Assembly: GCA_963844715.1 (NCBI GenBank)
Contig: CAWJPJ010000007.1
Span: 864,001 to 928,000 of the forward strand
Direction of reading: 5' to 3'
Length of the DNA: 64,000 nt
Origin: an uncultured Phycisphaerales bacterium
GTDB lineage: Bacteria > Planctomycetota > Phycisphaerae > Tepidisphaerales > Tepidisphaeraceae
Part shown: positions 1 through 11,303 of the stretch, piece by piece
How positions within the stretch are numbered: position 1 is the first letter of the stretch
Layout of the letters: each line of letters starts with the position of its first letter
The notes under the pieces: generated by a model
Seen by the model: the letters and a program-made list of their open reading frames with translations, nothing else
Databases searched by the model: none
Told to the model about the DNA's origin: nothing
Position numbers and translations under genes: made by a program

Positions 1-1680
<1,680 letters not shown>

Positions 1681-1705
1681 AACGGACGCGATTCCAGAGG
1701 GAACC

Positions 1706-1972
1706 ATGTTACGAACGGTCAAGGCAACGATTGACAGAAACGGCACGGTGAAGCTTGCGGAGGCCGTTACGCTTTCGGAGCGCCGGTCAGCGCTTGTTAC
1801 GATTTTGGATAGGGTCCCGGCGCGATCGGGAAGCATCAGTGAATCCGCCATTTTAGCGGAATCTGCCCTGAAGGCTGATTGGCTCAGCAGCGAGGAAGAT
1901 GAGGCATGGAAGCACTTGACTGAACTGCCTGGCCTGGACAAAAAAAGGAATGGGAAAAAAGGCCGAAAATGA
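1706..1972 (+). CDS. Putative type II antitoxin
   Basis: 88 aa; N-terminal 'TVKATIDRNGTVKL' and C-terminal 'SALKADWLSSEEDEAWKHL' are typical of antitoxins preceding PemK/MazF toxins; ATGA overlap with the toxin gene. Confidence 0.65.
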   Translation: MLRTVKATIDRNGTVKLAEAVTLSERRSALVTILDRVPARSGSISESAILAESALKADWLSSEEDEAWKHLTELPGLDKKRNGKKGRK

Positions 1973-2294
1973 TCGCAGGCGATGTCGTTCTGCTCCATTT
2001 TCCGTTCAGCGATTTATCGGGCGCGAAACTGCGGCCTGCGGTTGTACTTGCCGTAGTTGATCGAGCGGATTTTATTGCGTGTCAAATCACCAGCAAAAGA
2101 ATGGCTGACCGGCAGCGGTTGAACTGGCGGATGAGAGTTTTTCGGCTGGCGGTTTGCGGGTCGTGAGTTTTGCCCGACCAGGAAAATTGTTTACCGCGCA
2201 CCGGAGCGTCGTGTCGCGAGTAGTCGGTCGGCTGCGAAATGTGCAATTGGGCCGGATTCGCAACGCCGTTGTGGAGTTGATCCATGGCGCTTGA
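1969..2294 (+). CDS. PemK/MazF-family toxin (one apparent indel near 2110)
   Basis: GDVVLLHFPFSDLSGAKLRPAVVL...CQITSK; a shifted frame continues AVELADESFSAGGLRVVSFARPGKLFTAH...ELIHGA* to TGA at 2292-2294. Confidence 0.8.
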
Positions 2295-2328
2295 CGAGCG
2301 ACGGCGACAAAGTCCGAGATTCGAGCTT

Positions 2329-2592
2329 ATGAAAAAGAAATCAAACAAAGGTTCCGAAAAGCCAAGTGAAAACCTGGACGTTGCGCCGACACCGCCCGGC
2401 TTCTTCGGGAAGGCCGTGATGGGCAAATACCATGGGCAGTATGTCCAAGGACGAAAGGTCGTTCGCGCCGTGAATCTTGAAGAGGATGTTGCGGCGGTAT
2501 TTAAGGACTCGAATTCGGTGAACAAAGTGCTGCGTGCAATCATAACCAGCTTGCCGCAGGGAAATTCAAGGAAGCGAAAGAAATCTGCGTAG
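2329..2592 (+). CDS. Orphan BrnA-like antitoxin / small DNA-binding protein
   Basis: GKY...VNLEEDVAAVFKDSNSVNKVLRAII pattern resembles BrnA-type antitoxins; start inferred at MKKK. Confidence 0.5.
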   Translation: MKKKSNKGSEKPSENLDVAPTPPGFFGKAVMGKYHGQYVQGRKVVRAVNLEEDVAAVFKDSNSVNKVLRAIITSLPQGNSRKRKKSA

Positions 2593-2626
2593 TAGCGGAC
2601 AAAGAAAAAGAGAGGATTATTGCACT

Positions 2627-2917
2627 ATGAAACTTCGACCCCTACAGGATCGTGTGATCGTCAAGCAATCGGAGGCTGAGGAAAAGACGGCCAGCGGGAT
2701 TCTTTTGCCGGATACGGCGAAGGAAAAGCCGACCAAGGGCAAGGTCATTTCCGTCGGGCCGGGGAAGTTGGACGAGAAGGGCAAGCCGATGGAGTTGGCC
2801 GTCCGAAACGGCGACACGGTTTTTTACGGAAAATACAGCGGGACCGATATCGAAGTGGACGGCGAGAAATTCGTCATCCTGCGCGAGTCGGACATCCTGG
2901 GCGTACTTGAGAAGTAG
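2627..2917 (+). CDS. groS: Co-chaperonin GroES
   Basis: MKLRPLQDRVIVK...EEKTASGILLPDTAKEKP...ILRESDILG. Confidence 0.98.
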   Translation: MKLRPLQDRVIVKQSEAEEKTASGILLPDTAKEKPTKGKVISVGPGKLDEKGKPMELAVRNGDTVFYGKYSGTDIEVDGEKFVILRESDILGVLEK

Positions 2918-2975
2918 ATAATGAACTTGAATGCGGAACGATTAAATCGTCCGCGCTCATGATTGGAGAAAGAAC

Positions 2976-4601
2976 ATGGCCGCTAAGCAGATGAAGTTTG
3001 AGAACGACGCACGCGCCGAAATTGCCAGCGGGCTCTCGCAGCTCGCCAGGGCCGTCAAGGCGACCCTCGGGCCGCGCGGGCGAAACGTGGTGTTGCAGAA
3101 GTCGTTTGGTAGTCCGCGCATCACCAAGGACGGCGTTACGGTTTCGAAGGAGATCGAACTCCCTCAGCCGTTCGAGAATATGGGCGCGAAGCTGGTGAAT
3201 ATGGTGGCCAGCAAGACCAGCGACGTGGCCGGGGATGGAACGACGACGGCCACGGTGCTGGCCGAGGCGATCTATTCCGAAGGGCTGCGGATGGTCACGA
3301 CCGGCGTGAATCCGGTCATCATTCAGCGCGGGATTCTGAAGGCGGCGGAAGTCGCCGCCGATGCGATCACCAAGCAATCCAAGAACGTCAAAGGGCGCGA
3401 GGATTACAAACGCGTCGCGACGATCAGCGCCAACGGCGACGAAAAGATCGGCGATCTGATGGCCGATGCCATGGAAAAAGTGGGCAAGGAAGGCGTCATC
3501 ACCGTCGACGAAGGGAAGAGCACCGAATCCGTTCTCGAATACACCGAAGGCATGCAGTTCGATAAGGGGTATCTATCCCCGTACTTCCTGACCAACACGA
3601 CCTCTCTGGAGGCGGTGCTGGAAAACTGCCTGATTCTTTTGCACGAGAAGAAGATCGCGAATCTGGCGGAGTTGCTGCCGCTGCTGAACAAGGTTGTCAC
3701 CGCCGGTCGTCCGCTGCTGCTTATCGCGGAGGATGTGGAAGCCGAAGCGCTGGCTGCTTTGGTGGTGAACAAGCTTCGCGGCATTTTGCAGGTGTGCGCG
3801 GTCAAGGCCCCGGGGTTCGGAGATCGGCGCAAAGCGATGATGGGCGACCTGGCGGTCGTCGTCGGCGCGAAATTCATCAGCGAGGATCTGGGTTTGAAGC
3901 TTGAGAATATCGAACTCGACGATCTGGGCACCGCCAAGCGCGTGGTCGTCGACAAGGACAATACGCTCATCGTCGAAGGAGCCGGAAAGCGAAAGGATAT
4001 CGACGCGCGTGCGGATCAGATTCGCAAGCAGATCGATCTGACGACCAGTGATTACGACCGCGAGAAATTGCAGGAACGGCTCGCCAAGCTCACTGGCGGC
4101 GTGGCCGTGATCAAGGCCGGCGCGGCGACGGAAACGGAAATGAAGGAGCGCAAGGACTTGATTGACGATGCGCTGCACGCCACCAAGGCCGCGGCCGAGG
4201 AAGGGATCGTGCCGGGCGGCGGCGTGGCGTTCCTTCGCGCCATCGAAGCTGTTGAAAGCGGCAAGTCCAAGGCCAGGGGAGATGAGAAACTTGGCTTTGA
4301 CATTGTCGCGCAGGCGCTTCGTTCGCCCACTCGGCAGATCGCCGATAACGCCGGCGAGGATGGCGACGTCGTCGTGGATGAGATTCTGACCAACAAGAAT
4401 CCCGCCTGGGGATATAACGCCGCGACGGGCGAATATGTCGATATGCTCAAGGCGGGCATTATCGATCCGACGAAAGTCGCGCGCACGGCGCTGCTAAACG
4501 CGGCGAGCGTCAGCGGGCTGGCGCTGACGACAGAAGTGCTGATCACGGAACTGAAGGAGAAAGACGGCGAGTCGATCCCGGTTGCCGGGGCGGTGGTTTG
4601 A
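2976..4601 (+). CDS. groL: Chaperonin GroEL, second paralog without the GGM tail
   Basis: All Cpn60 signature motifs present; divergent C-terminus. Confidence 0.97.
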   Translation: MAAKQMKFENDARAEIASGLSQLARAVKATLGPRGRNVVLQKSFGSPRITKDGVTVSKEIELPQPFENMGAKLVNMVASKTSDVAGDGTTTATVLAEAIYSEGLRMVTTGVNPVIIQRGILKAAEVAADAITKQSKNVKGREDYKRVATISANGDEKIGDLMADAMEKVGKEGVITVDEGKSTESVLEYTEGMQFDKGYLSPYFLTNTTSLEAVLENCLILLHEKKIANLAELLPLLNKVVTAGRPLLLIAEDVEAEALAALVVNKLRGILQVCAVKAPGFGDRRKAMMGDLAVVVGAKFISEDLGLKLENIELDDLGTAKRVVVDKDNTLIVEGAGKRKDIDARADQIRKQIDLTTSDYDREKLQERLAKLTGGVAVIKAGAATETEMKERKDLIDDALHATKAAAEEGIVPGGGVAFLRAIEAVESGKSKARGDEKLGFDIVAQALRSPTRQIADNAGEDGDVVVDEILTNKNPAWGYNAATGEYVDMLKAGIIDPTKVARTALLNAASVSGLALTTEVLITELKEKDGESIPVAGAVV

Positions 4602-4636
4602 GGCGCGACGAAGTGAAGAATTTGGTATCGCCGAAA

Positions 4637-4657
4637 GCCCACGGCAGCGCCGTGGGC
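4637..4657 (+). terminator. GC-rich hairpin after groEL2
   Basis: gcccacggc-agc-gccgtgggc, a 9-bp perfect stem with only a weak T tail. Confidence 0.45.
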
Positions 4658-4726
4658 GTTTGGCTAAATTAGAAAGTCAGCCGTTTACGGGTAAGATGAG
4701 ATAGCAGGGACGGATTTCGCGATTTT

Positions 4727-5881
4727 TTGAGGTTTTTCGTGGCCACCGCCAAGCGCGATTATTACGAAGTTCTGGGGGTGACGCGGACGGCGTCGGGCGA
4801 TGAGATCAAGCGCGCGTACCGCCGGCTGGCGATGAAATACCACCCCGATCGCACCAACGGCGACAAGTCCGAAGCGGAAATGCACTTCAAGGAATGCTCG
4901 GAGGCGTACGAGGTTCTGAGCGACGATACGCGACGCCAGCGGTACGACCAGTTTGGACATCAAGGGGTCACCGGGCAGCACGATTTTTCGCACATGGATG
5001 TCACGGACATCTTCTCGATGTTCGACGAAATCTTCGGCGGGGCTTTCGGTGGACGCGGCCGCGGACGCACGGCCGGGCGCGGGCCGACGCGGGGATATGA
5101 CCTGGAGACGCGCGTCGAACTAACGCTCGTGGAAGTCGCGGGGGGCGCGGACAAGACGTTGGATTTCGAGCGGCAGGATCGATGCGAGGCGTGCGCGGCT
5201 CGGGAGCCAAGCCGGGGACGAGTCCCGTCGTGTGCGTTCAGTGCGGGGGACAAGGGCGGCGTTGCCCAGCAGGGGTTCGGCGGAATGTTCCGGATGGTCG
5301 TTGCCTGCCCTAACTGCCGCGGGCGCGGGACGGTCATTCGCGATCACTGCCGGCAATGTGGCGGGACGGGCCGGCAACTTCGCAAGCGCGCGGTGGTGGT
5401 GAAAATTCCCGCCGGAGTGCACGACGGCCAGGCGGTTCGCGTGACCGGCGAGGGGGAGGCGGGCGAAAATGGCGCTCCGCCGGGAGACCTGCACGTTTAC
5501 ATTACGGTCAAGGAGCATCCGGTTTTCACGCGGCACAACAACGATCTGGTTTGCCAGATGCCGATTTCATTCACCGAAGCGGCCCTGGGCGCGACGGTCG
5601 AGGTGCCCACGCTGAAAGGGAGCGAGCCGCTGGAGGTTCCGTCAGGGACGCAGCACGGCGAAGTCTTCAAGTTGAAGGGGAAGGGGCTTCCCGACGTGCG
5701 GTCGTATCGGAACGGCGACGAATTGGTGCAGGTGGTGATCGAGGTGCCGCGAAAACTGACCGATAAGCAGAAACAGTTGCTGCGCGATTTGGCTGCCACG
5801 GAAGACGCGCGGATCAAGGAGCAGCGGAAAGGGTTTCTCGACAAACTGAAGGATTTGATCAAGGGAGAGGATAAGAAGTGA
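4727..5881 (+). CDS. dnaJ: Chaperone DnaJ (true start probably GTG near 4739)
   Basis: RDYYEVLGV, HPD motif, CxxCxGxG zinc fingers and GDLHVYI; two compensating indels at ~5195-5260 garble the first two zinc-finger repeats. Confidence 0.96.
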   Translation: MRFFVATAKRDYYEVLGVTRTASGDEIKRAYRRLAMKYHPDRTNGDKSEAEMHFKECSEAYEVLSDDTRRQRYDQFGHQGVTGQHDFSHMDVTDIFSMFDEIFGGAFGGRGRGRTAGRGPTRGYDLETRVELTLVEVAGGADKTLDFERQDRCEACAAREPSRGRVPSCAFSAGDKGGVAQQGFGGMFRMVVACPNCRGRGTVIRDHCRQCGGTGRQLRKRAVVVKIPAGVHDGQAVRVTGEGEAGENGAPPGDLHVYITVKEHPVFTRHNNDLVCQMPISFTEAALGATVEVPTLKGSEPLEVPSGTQHGEVFKLKGKGLPDVRSYRNGDELVQVVIEVPRKLTDKQKQLLRDLAATEDARIKEQRKGFLDKLKDLIKGEDKK

Positions 5882-5911
5882 ACGAAAAAAAACGGAATTT
5901 AGATTGAGGAT

Positions 5912-6445
5912 GTGAAAATGAGCACGCGACCCACAGAACCGAACGCCGACGCCGCCGAAGCCTCCGGCGACCGTGACAGCCTGAAACAGGGGCGAGATGC
6001 CCTACAGCAGGAACGCGATTCCCTGTTCGAGCGATTGGCGCGAACAACCGCGGAATTCCAGAACGCGCGGCGGCGTCTCGAAGCGGATAAAGACCAAGCC
6101 GTCGCGTTCGCCAACAGTTCGCTGATCAAGAGTTTGCTCCCGGTGCTGGACAATTTCGAGCGGGCGCGGTCGGTCGATCCCGCCAAGGCGGACGTGGCGA
6201 CCATTCTCAAGGGGATGCAGATCGTTCATGATCAATGGATGACGGTCCTGAAGAGCCAGTTTGTGGAAACGATCGCGCCCGAGCCCGGTGCGCCGTTCGA
6301 TCCGTCGAAGATGGAGGCGATAATGCATCAGCCCAGCGCTGAGTATCCGCCGAACACGGTGACGCAGCTTTTGCAAAGTGGATATGCATTGCATGGGCGG
6401 ACGCTACGGCCCGCGCAGGTCGCCGTCAGCAGTTCGCCGGAGTAA
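5912..6445 (+). CDS. grpE: Nucleotide exchange factor GrpE
   Basis: AEFQNARRR, LLPVLDNFERA, FDP, GY...RTLRPAQVAV. Confidence 0.95.
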   Translation: MKMSTRPTEPNADAAEASGDRDSLKQGRDALQQERDSLFERLARTTAEFQNARRRLEADKDQAVAFANSSLIKSLLPVLDNFERARSVDPAKADVATILKGMQIVHDQWMTVLKSQFVETIAPEPGAPFDPSKMEAIMHQPSAEYPPNTVTQLLQSGYALHGRTLRPAQVAVSSSPE

Positions 6446-6453
6446 AACCTTTC

Positions 6454-6813
6454 ATGCCGACATATGAGTACAAATGCGAGGCCTGCGGCAACCAGTTTGA
6501 AAAGTTCCAATCCATCACGGCGCCGGCGATTCGCAAGTGCCCCAAATGCGGCAAGAACAAGGTTAAGCGTCTCATCGGCACGGGCGCGGGTCTGATTTTC
6601 AAGGGGTCGGGGTTTTACACCACGGATTACCGCAGCGATTCGTATAAAAATGCCGCCAAGAATGAGAGCCCGGCGCCGGCGAAGAGCGAAGGCGATTCGA
6701 AGCCGGCGGGGGCGGAAACGCCCAAGCCCGCTCCTGCCGCCTCGTCCTCGGGATCGGACGCTACGCCCGCGGCGAAACCCGCACCTTCGCCGCGAAAGAA
6801 ATCCGGAAAATGA
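6454..6813 (+). CDS. FmdB-family zinc-ribbon protein
   Basis: MPTYEYKCEACG...CPKCG...FKGSGFYTTDY followed by a low-complexity tail. Confidence 0.9.
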   Translation: MPTYEYKCEACGNQFEKFQSITAPAIRKCPKCGKNKVKRLIGTGAGLIFKGSGFYTTDYRSDSYKNAAKNESPAPAKSEGDSKPAGAETPKPAPAASSSGSDATPAAKPAPSPRKKSGK

Positions 6814-6819
6814 ACCGCC

Positions 6820-7005
6820 ATGGAATGCCCGATCTGCAAAAAGACGGTGGTCCGCGGCGATGATCCAATTGCCCCCAATCGCTTTTTCCCGTTTTGCAGC
6901 GATCGGTGCAAATTGATCGATTTGGGCCGTTGGCTTGGCGGAAAGTATTCGATTCCCGTGGAGGATCCGCCCGCCGAGCGGGAGCCACCGCCGAAAGGAC
7001 GCTGA
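6820..7005 (+). CDS. yacG: DNA gyrase inhibitor YacG
   Basis: CPICKK...PFCSDRCKLIDLGRW. Confidence 0.92.
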   Translation: MECPICKKTVVRGDDPIAPNRFFPFCSDRCKLIDLGRWLGGKYSIPVEDPPAEREPPPKGR

Positions 7006-7094
7006 GTTTGTAGGTTTGGCCCGCGAGACTATAATCCCGGTTTCGCTGGGCCTCGGCGTGTGCAACCGGGGATTTCGCCGGCGCCGGATGTTGG

Positions 7095-8871
7095 GTGAAG
7101 GGAAAGGAGCTTCGGTTCATGCCATCCGATGGTTCAGGCGAAGTGCTACGCGGTATTGATTGGAAGCAGACGTTGCCCTTCATCCAGATCTTTGGGTCGT
7201 TCCGGATCGCCATCCATCTATCGAAAATGGCCCTGGGTCTGGCGCTGCTTCTGTGCGTATGGTTCGGGGGCGTCGTTCTGGATGGAATCTGGTTTCACTC
7301 GGCTCGAGCCGTGAGCGGTGAGATCGAGGCTTACAGCAAAATCACGTCCCACGACGTCGGCGAATCGCTCTCGACCTGGCGCGATCAGACTCAAAAGCAG
7401 ATGGAGTCGGATTACGCGGACATGCTGCTGGATTACGGGGTTATTGCACCGCAGGACAATCAGACCCTGGATGACGTGCGGCAGTCGGCGCTGGACGCGG
7501 CGGCAAATCGCGCGGATCTCGGAGAGCTGGACAGTAAGATCATCGCCAGGCGAGACGCGGCGGTGAAGCAAGCCGACAGCGACTACGACACGGCGGTCAA
7601 GAACGCCGACGCCAAGACCAAACAACAGGTGACCGATGACGCCGCCAACGCGCGGGACGCGGCGAAAATCGCCGCTTACCAGCAGGCAAGCGAGGACCAC
7701 GCCAAGGCCCATAAACTGGATGGGCAGGGGCTTTTTGCCGCGTTCTTCAGCTATGAGATTCGTCAGGTTTATCTCATTGTTTCCAGCATCGCGCACAACA
7801 ACTTGGTTGCCCCCGACGGAGCTGCGGACCATCTTTACGACTTCTTCGCCGTGGCGCCGGTATGGCTGATCTTCCACCACACGGTTTTCTTCGTGATCTT
7901 CGGAGTCTGGTTCCTGCTGATCTGGTCGATCTTTGGCGGCGCCATCAGCCGCATCGCGGCGGTGCAGGTTGCCCGGGACGAAAAGATTTCGATCCGGCAG
8001 GCGATGAATTTCGCGGTCGGGAAGGTTCTTTCATTCGGGTCGGCGCCGGTTATTCCGGTGGCGATCGTATTGGCGCTGGGTCTGCTCGTTGCGGCGGGAT
8101 CGCTGGTTGGAAATGTGCCGTTCCTGGGGCCGATCGCGGTTGGAGTGTTATTCTTCCTGGCGCTGTTGGCCGGGTTCATCATGACCCTGGTTCTGCTGGG
8201 CACGGCGGGCGGGTTTAATCTGATGTATCCGACGATCGCGGTCGAAGGTTCGGACAGTTTCGACGCCATCAGCCGAAGCTTCAGCTATGTGTATGCCCGC
8301 CCCTGGCGAATGGCGTTTTACACGCTGGTCGCCCTGGCGTACGGGGCGGCGACGTATCTGTTCGTGCACTGCTTCATCTATATGACGCTGGTGCTGGCGC
8401 ATCGCTTCGTGGGGATGAGCTTGTTCGGTCACGCCGCCGACACGCGGACGCTCTTTTCCGTCATGTGGCCGAGTCCTGCAGCTTCGGGGCGCGTGGCTTA
8501 TCAGGTGGATTACGAGCGCCCTTTCGTTCGGGCAATCGGTCGGTGCTTTCTTCATTCACGTTTGGGTCATGCTGCTGGTTTCGTTCATGGGGGCATTTGC
8601 GATCAGCATTTACTTTTCCGCCAACACGATCATTTACTATTTGATGCGGCAAGAGGTCGATAGCACGGAGATGGACGACGTTTATCTCGAGCAGTCTCCG
8701 GACGACTTCGACACCAGGCAGCCCCCCGCGACAGAGGCGATTCAGGTCACCGCGACGGTCACGACGGTGAGCACACCGGCGTCCCCGGATGAATCCGAGC
8801 CCACGCCCGAATCGGCCGGACAGGATTCGCACGAGGAGCCGCCCTCATCCGGCTCTGAATCGACGACATAG
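7095..8871 (+). CDS. Multi-pass membrane protein of unknown function (indel near 8520 joins ORFs 7095-8663 and 8569-8871)
   Basis: Several hydrophobic helices and a soluble insert; the C-terminal IYYLMRQEVD segment is in the shifted frame. Confidence 0.7.
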
Positions 8872-8887
8872 ATTTTCCCCCGCGCGG

Positions 8888-8893
8888 TATAAT
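8888..8893 (+). promoter_or_regulatory. Possible -10 box of the tRNA promoter
   Basis: TATAAT about 20 nt upstream of the tRNA start. Confidence 0.4.
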
Positions 8894-8911
8894 TGCGATC
8901 GAGATAACAGA

Positions 8912-8985
8912 GCACCCGTAGCTCAATTGGACAGAGCATCGGTCTTCGGAACCGAGGGTTGGGGGTTCGACTCCCTCCGGGTGCA
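8912..8985 (+). tRNA. tRNA-Arg(UCG), likely integration site of the ICE
   Basis: Cloverleaf: acceptor GCACCCG/CGGGTGC, D-arm GCTC/GAGC, anticodon arm TCGGT-CTTCGGA-ACCGA, T-arm GGGGG-TTCGACT-CCCTC; no encoded CCA. Confidence 0.95.
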
Positions 8986-9013
8986 TTTTCCTAAGCTGCT
9001 CCGAAATCAAACT

Positions 9014-10288
9014 TTACGGCAGCGGCTTGAACACCTTCCGTTTGGGAAACTCCCGCTTTCGGCCCAAGTTGGTCAGTTTTTGGTCAGTCGGGTCGTCCGC
9101 TGAGCCAACTGTGCCGACCAACACCTGCTGAATTTGCTGCGCCTTATCGATGTCCTCCGGACGCACCGACAAATAAAACTGCTGTGTCGTCTTAATGTCG
9201 CTGTGTCCGGCCAACTGCTGCACCACGTGGATCGGCAGTTCGTTTGCCCAATTCGTGATGCAACTGCGCCGCAGGTCGTGGATCGTGTAGGGACCAACAC
9301 CCGTCTGGCGGCAGATCGTCTGGAACCGCCGCAAGGCATTATTCATTAAATCCCGGTCGGTTTGCCATAAGCCATCTTGGACTTGCTGGCGGTAATACTC
9401 CCACCGACCATGATCCATGAACACATAGGGACATTGCTCGGGTGCGATCGTCTGCCACCTTGCCAGCAAGTCGATCGCCTGCCTGGGCAATGGAATGGAT
9501 CGCATTTCGTGGTCCTTCGGCGTCCATGCCTGCACGAACCCTTCGGCTACTTTTCGCGTTACGTGAACCTGGCCTGATGCAAAGTCGATGTCCGCCCAGG
9601 TTAGATTCAACGCTTCACGAAGACGCAAACCGGTCGTGTAAAGCACTACGAGTAATGCTCGCCACATCGCATCCGGCGCCCTGCCGACCAAAGCCAAAAA
9701 ATCTTTGGGCGGACAATACGGCGGACGCTTGCGCCCAACCTTCAGCAGGGGAACGCCGGAACACGGATTGGCTCCCTTTGCCAAGTAACCTCGGAAAATC
9801 GCGAGGTTGAACAGACGCCGAAGCGTCTTGACCTCACGATTGGCGGAAGCCGGCACGATACCGGCGCCAATTCGTTGCGAGCGGAACTGCTCCATCTCCC
9901 TTGCGGTGACGCGATGGATCGACCGGTCCCATCCGGTAGAATCGGCCAGCAATTTCAACGTCGCCAACTGCATATGCAGTGTCTTTCGAGCGACGCTGCC
10001 TTTCATAAGCTGCTTGTGCTCGTCGTAAAACGCTTTCAGTGAGACCGGCGTCGGGGCATCGCCCTTTCCCTGCCGGACCTCTTGTTGGGTGTTTTCGGCG
10101 AAACGCTCAGCCTCCTTTCGGCCATTAAAGCTCTTGGAATACCGATTGCCGTCGTTGCCGAACCACCGCACCACCCAGCTGAACGGCCGCTTTTTTGGCC
10201 ATTCGGATTTTGGTAGCGGGTGGCCCGACGCATCGGTCGGAACCGGCCCATAATAACTGCGATAGATACCAACTTTCGTCGTCGCCAT
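9014..10288 (-). CDS. Tyrosine integrase (start likely MATTKVG at 10288)
   Basis: TGLRLRE, HDLRR, LAGHSDIKTT..FY catalytic residues; converges on the tRNA 3' end; RBS-like GGAGAGG upstream. Confidence 0.92.
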   Translation of the reverse strand: MATTKVGIYRSYYGPVPTDASGHPLPKSEWPKKRPFSWVVRWFGNDGNRYSKSFNGRKEAERFAENTQQEVRQGKGDAPTPVSLKAFYDEHKQLMKGSVARKTLHMQLATLKLLADSTGWDRSIHRVTAREMEQFRSQRIGAGIVPASANREVKTLRRLFNLAIFRGYLAKGANPCSGVPLLKVGRKRPPYCPPKDFLALVGRAPDAMWRALLVVLYTTGLRLREALNLTWADIDFASGQVHVTRKVAEGFVQAWTPKDHEMRSIPLPRQAIDLLARWQTIAPEQCPYVFMDHGRWEYYRQQVQDGLWQTDRDLMNNALRRFQTICRQTGVGPYTIHDLRRSCITNWANELPIHVVQQLAGHSDIKTTQQFYLSVRPEDIDKAQQIQQVLVGTVGSADDPTDQKLTNLGRKREFPKRKVFKPLP

Positions 10289-10416
10289 GATGGGAACCTC
10301 TCCGGCCCGCATGCCCGGGGCCGATTGGGCCACCACGTGACGACTGACCAATGAAAGGAGTATAGCGCCAGGCGGCCGGGGCGTGAAGGCAATCGCAAGC
10401 GAAATTCGCAACGTTT

Positions 10417-10683
10417 TTAAGCTTCCGTTTTCACTTCCAGGAACCGATCCAATTCCTTCCTGCGGAACCAGACATGCCGCGCGTACTTGGTGGCGCGGAG
10501 CTGTCCCTTATCGCGCCAGAAGGTGATGGTGCGCATCGCCGATCGCGGCGTATGCGAGCTGATCTCGTCCAACCGCAGATACTGCGCCGCCTCCAGCGGC
10601 GTCATCAGGTCGGGGAACAGGGCCGGTCGAGGCGGCCACTCCAATGGCAACGGACACTCAAGCTTTTCCTCATGGTCGTTCAT
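10417..10683 (-). CDS. Excisionase-like HTH protein
   Basis: LMTPLEAAQYLRL...WRDKGQLRATK...FRRKELDRFL; directly upstream of the integrase. Confidence 0.8.
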   Translation of the reverse strand: MNDHEEKLECPLPLEWPPRPALFPDLMTPLEAAQYLRLDEISSHTPRSAMRTITFWRDKGQLRATKYARHVWFRRKELDRFLEVKTEA

Positions 10684-10955
10684 GGATTTGCCGATTCCGT
10701 CTGCCGTTCGGACTCTTGAAACTCGTGAATGCGCTCAAAGGATAGTTGCGCGACCAAGGCAAGGATCAAGAGATCGTCCCGTCCGAAACTGTCGGCGCTT
10801 TGCCATTTGCCCGCACTGTCGCGGTACAGACGCTGGAACGTCGCGGCGAATAGGGGGCGGCTGCTGTTGCCGTTGTCCACGGCATTCTTCCAGATGGCTG
10901 CCTTCACGGTGCGCCGGCGGACTTCGACGATCGGCTTGATCGAATTGTGGTTCAT
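10680..10955 (-). CDS. Small conserved mobile-element protein (paralog of 58268-58513)
   Basis: KPIVEVR..TVKAAIW.N...TFQRLYR...WQS.DSFGRDDLL.LA.VA shared with the ORF at 58268-58513; in frame with DUF2274 in this assembly. Confidence 0.7.
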   Translation of the reverse strand: MNHNSIKPIVEVRRRTVKAAIWKNAVDNGNSSRPLFAATFQRLYRDSAGKWQSADSFGRDDLLILALVAQLSFERIHEFQESERQTESANP

Positions 10956-11303
10956 GGAATGCCTCTTAAAAGAGTCACGTTGCCCCGGCTCTTTGGCCGT
11001 TATGCCTTTGGGGTATTGGTCGGACCGTGCCGCCGATCCGACCCCGGCCGAGGCCGGTGCAACCGGATGCTGTTTCTTGAATTTCCGGAAGGAACGGTCG
11101 GTCGCCAAAAATCTCCTCACGATCGGCTCCAACAGGTCTTTCGGTTCGATCTCCTGTCCATAGGTCTGCACATAGAGCCGACGGTACAAGAGTAAATCTT
11201 CGTTCAAGCCTGGATCGAGCCGGACGCGATATTCCACGGGCGGGCGGTCGTCGCGGAGTTTGGGAAGAGCAATCGTGGGCATGTCGACTCCTTGGCTAAT
11301 CAC
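10956..11303 (-). CDS. DUF2274-like protein
   Basis: LPKLRDDRPPV..RVRLDPGL...Y...YG..EPKDL..P....FLATDRSF; usual position after trbI in Tn4371-like elements. Confidence 0.75.

Noticed and set aside
2593..2975. CIRCE/HrcA operator near groES/groEL
   Set aside because: No TTAGCACTC-N9-GAGTGCTAA match was seen; one could lie upstream of the window.
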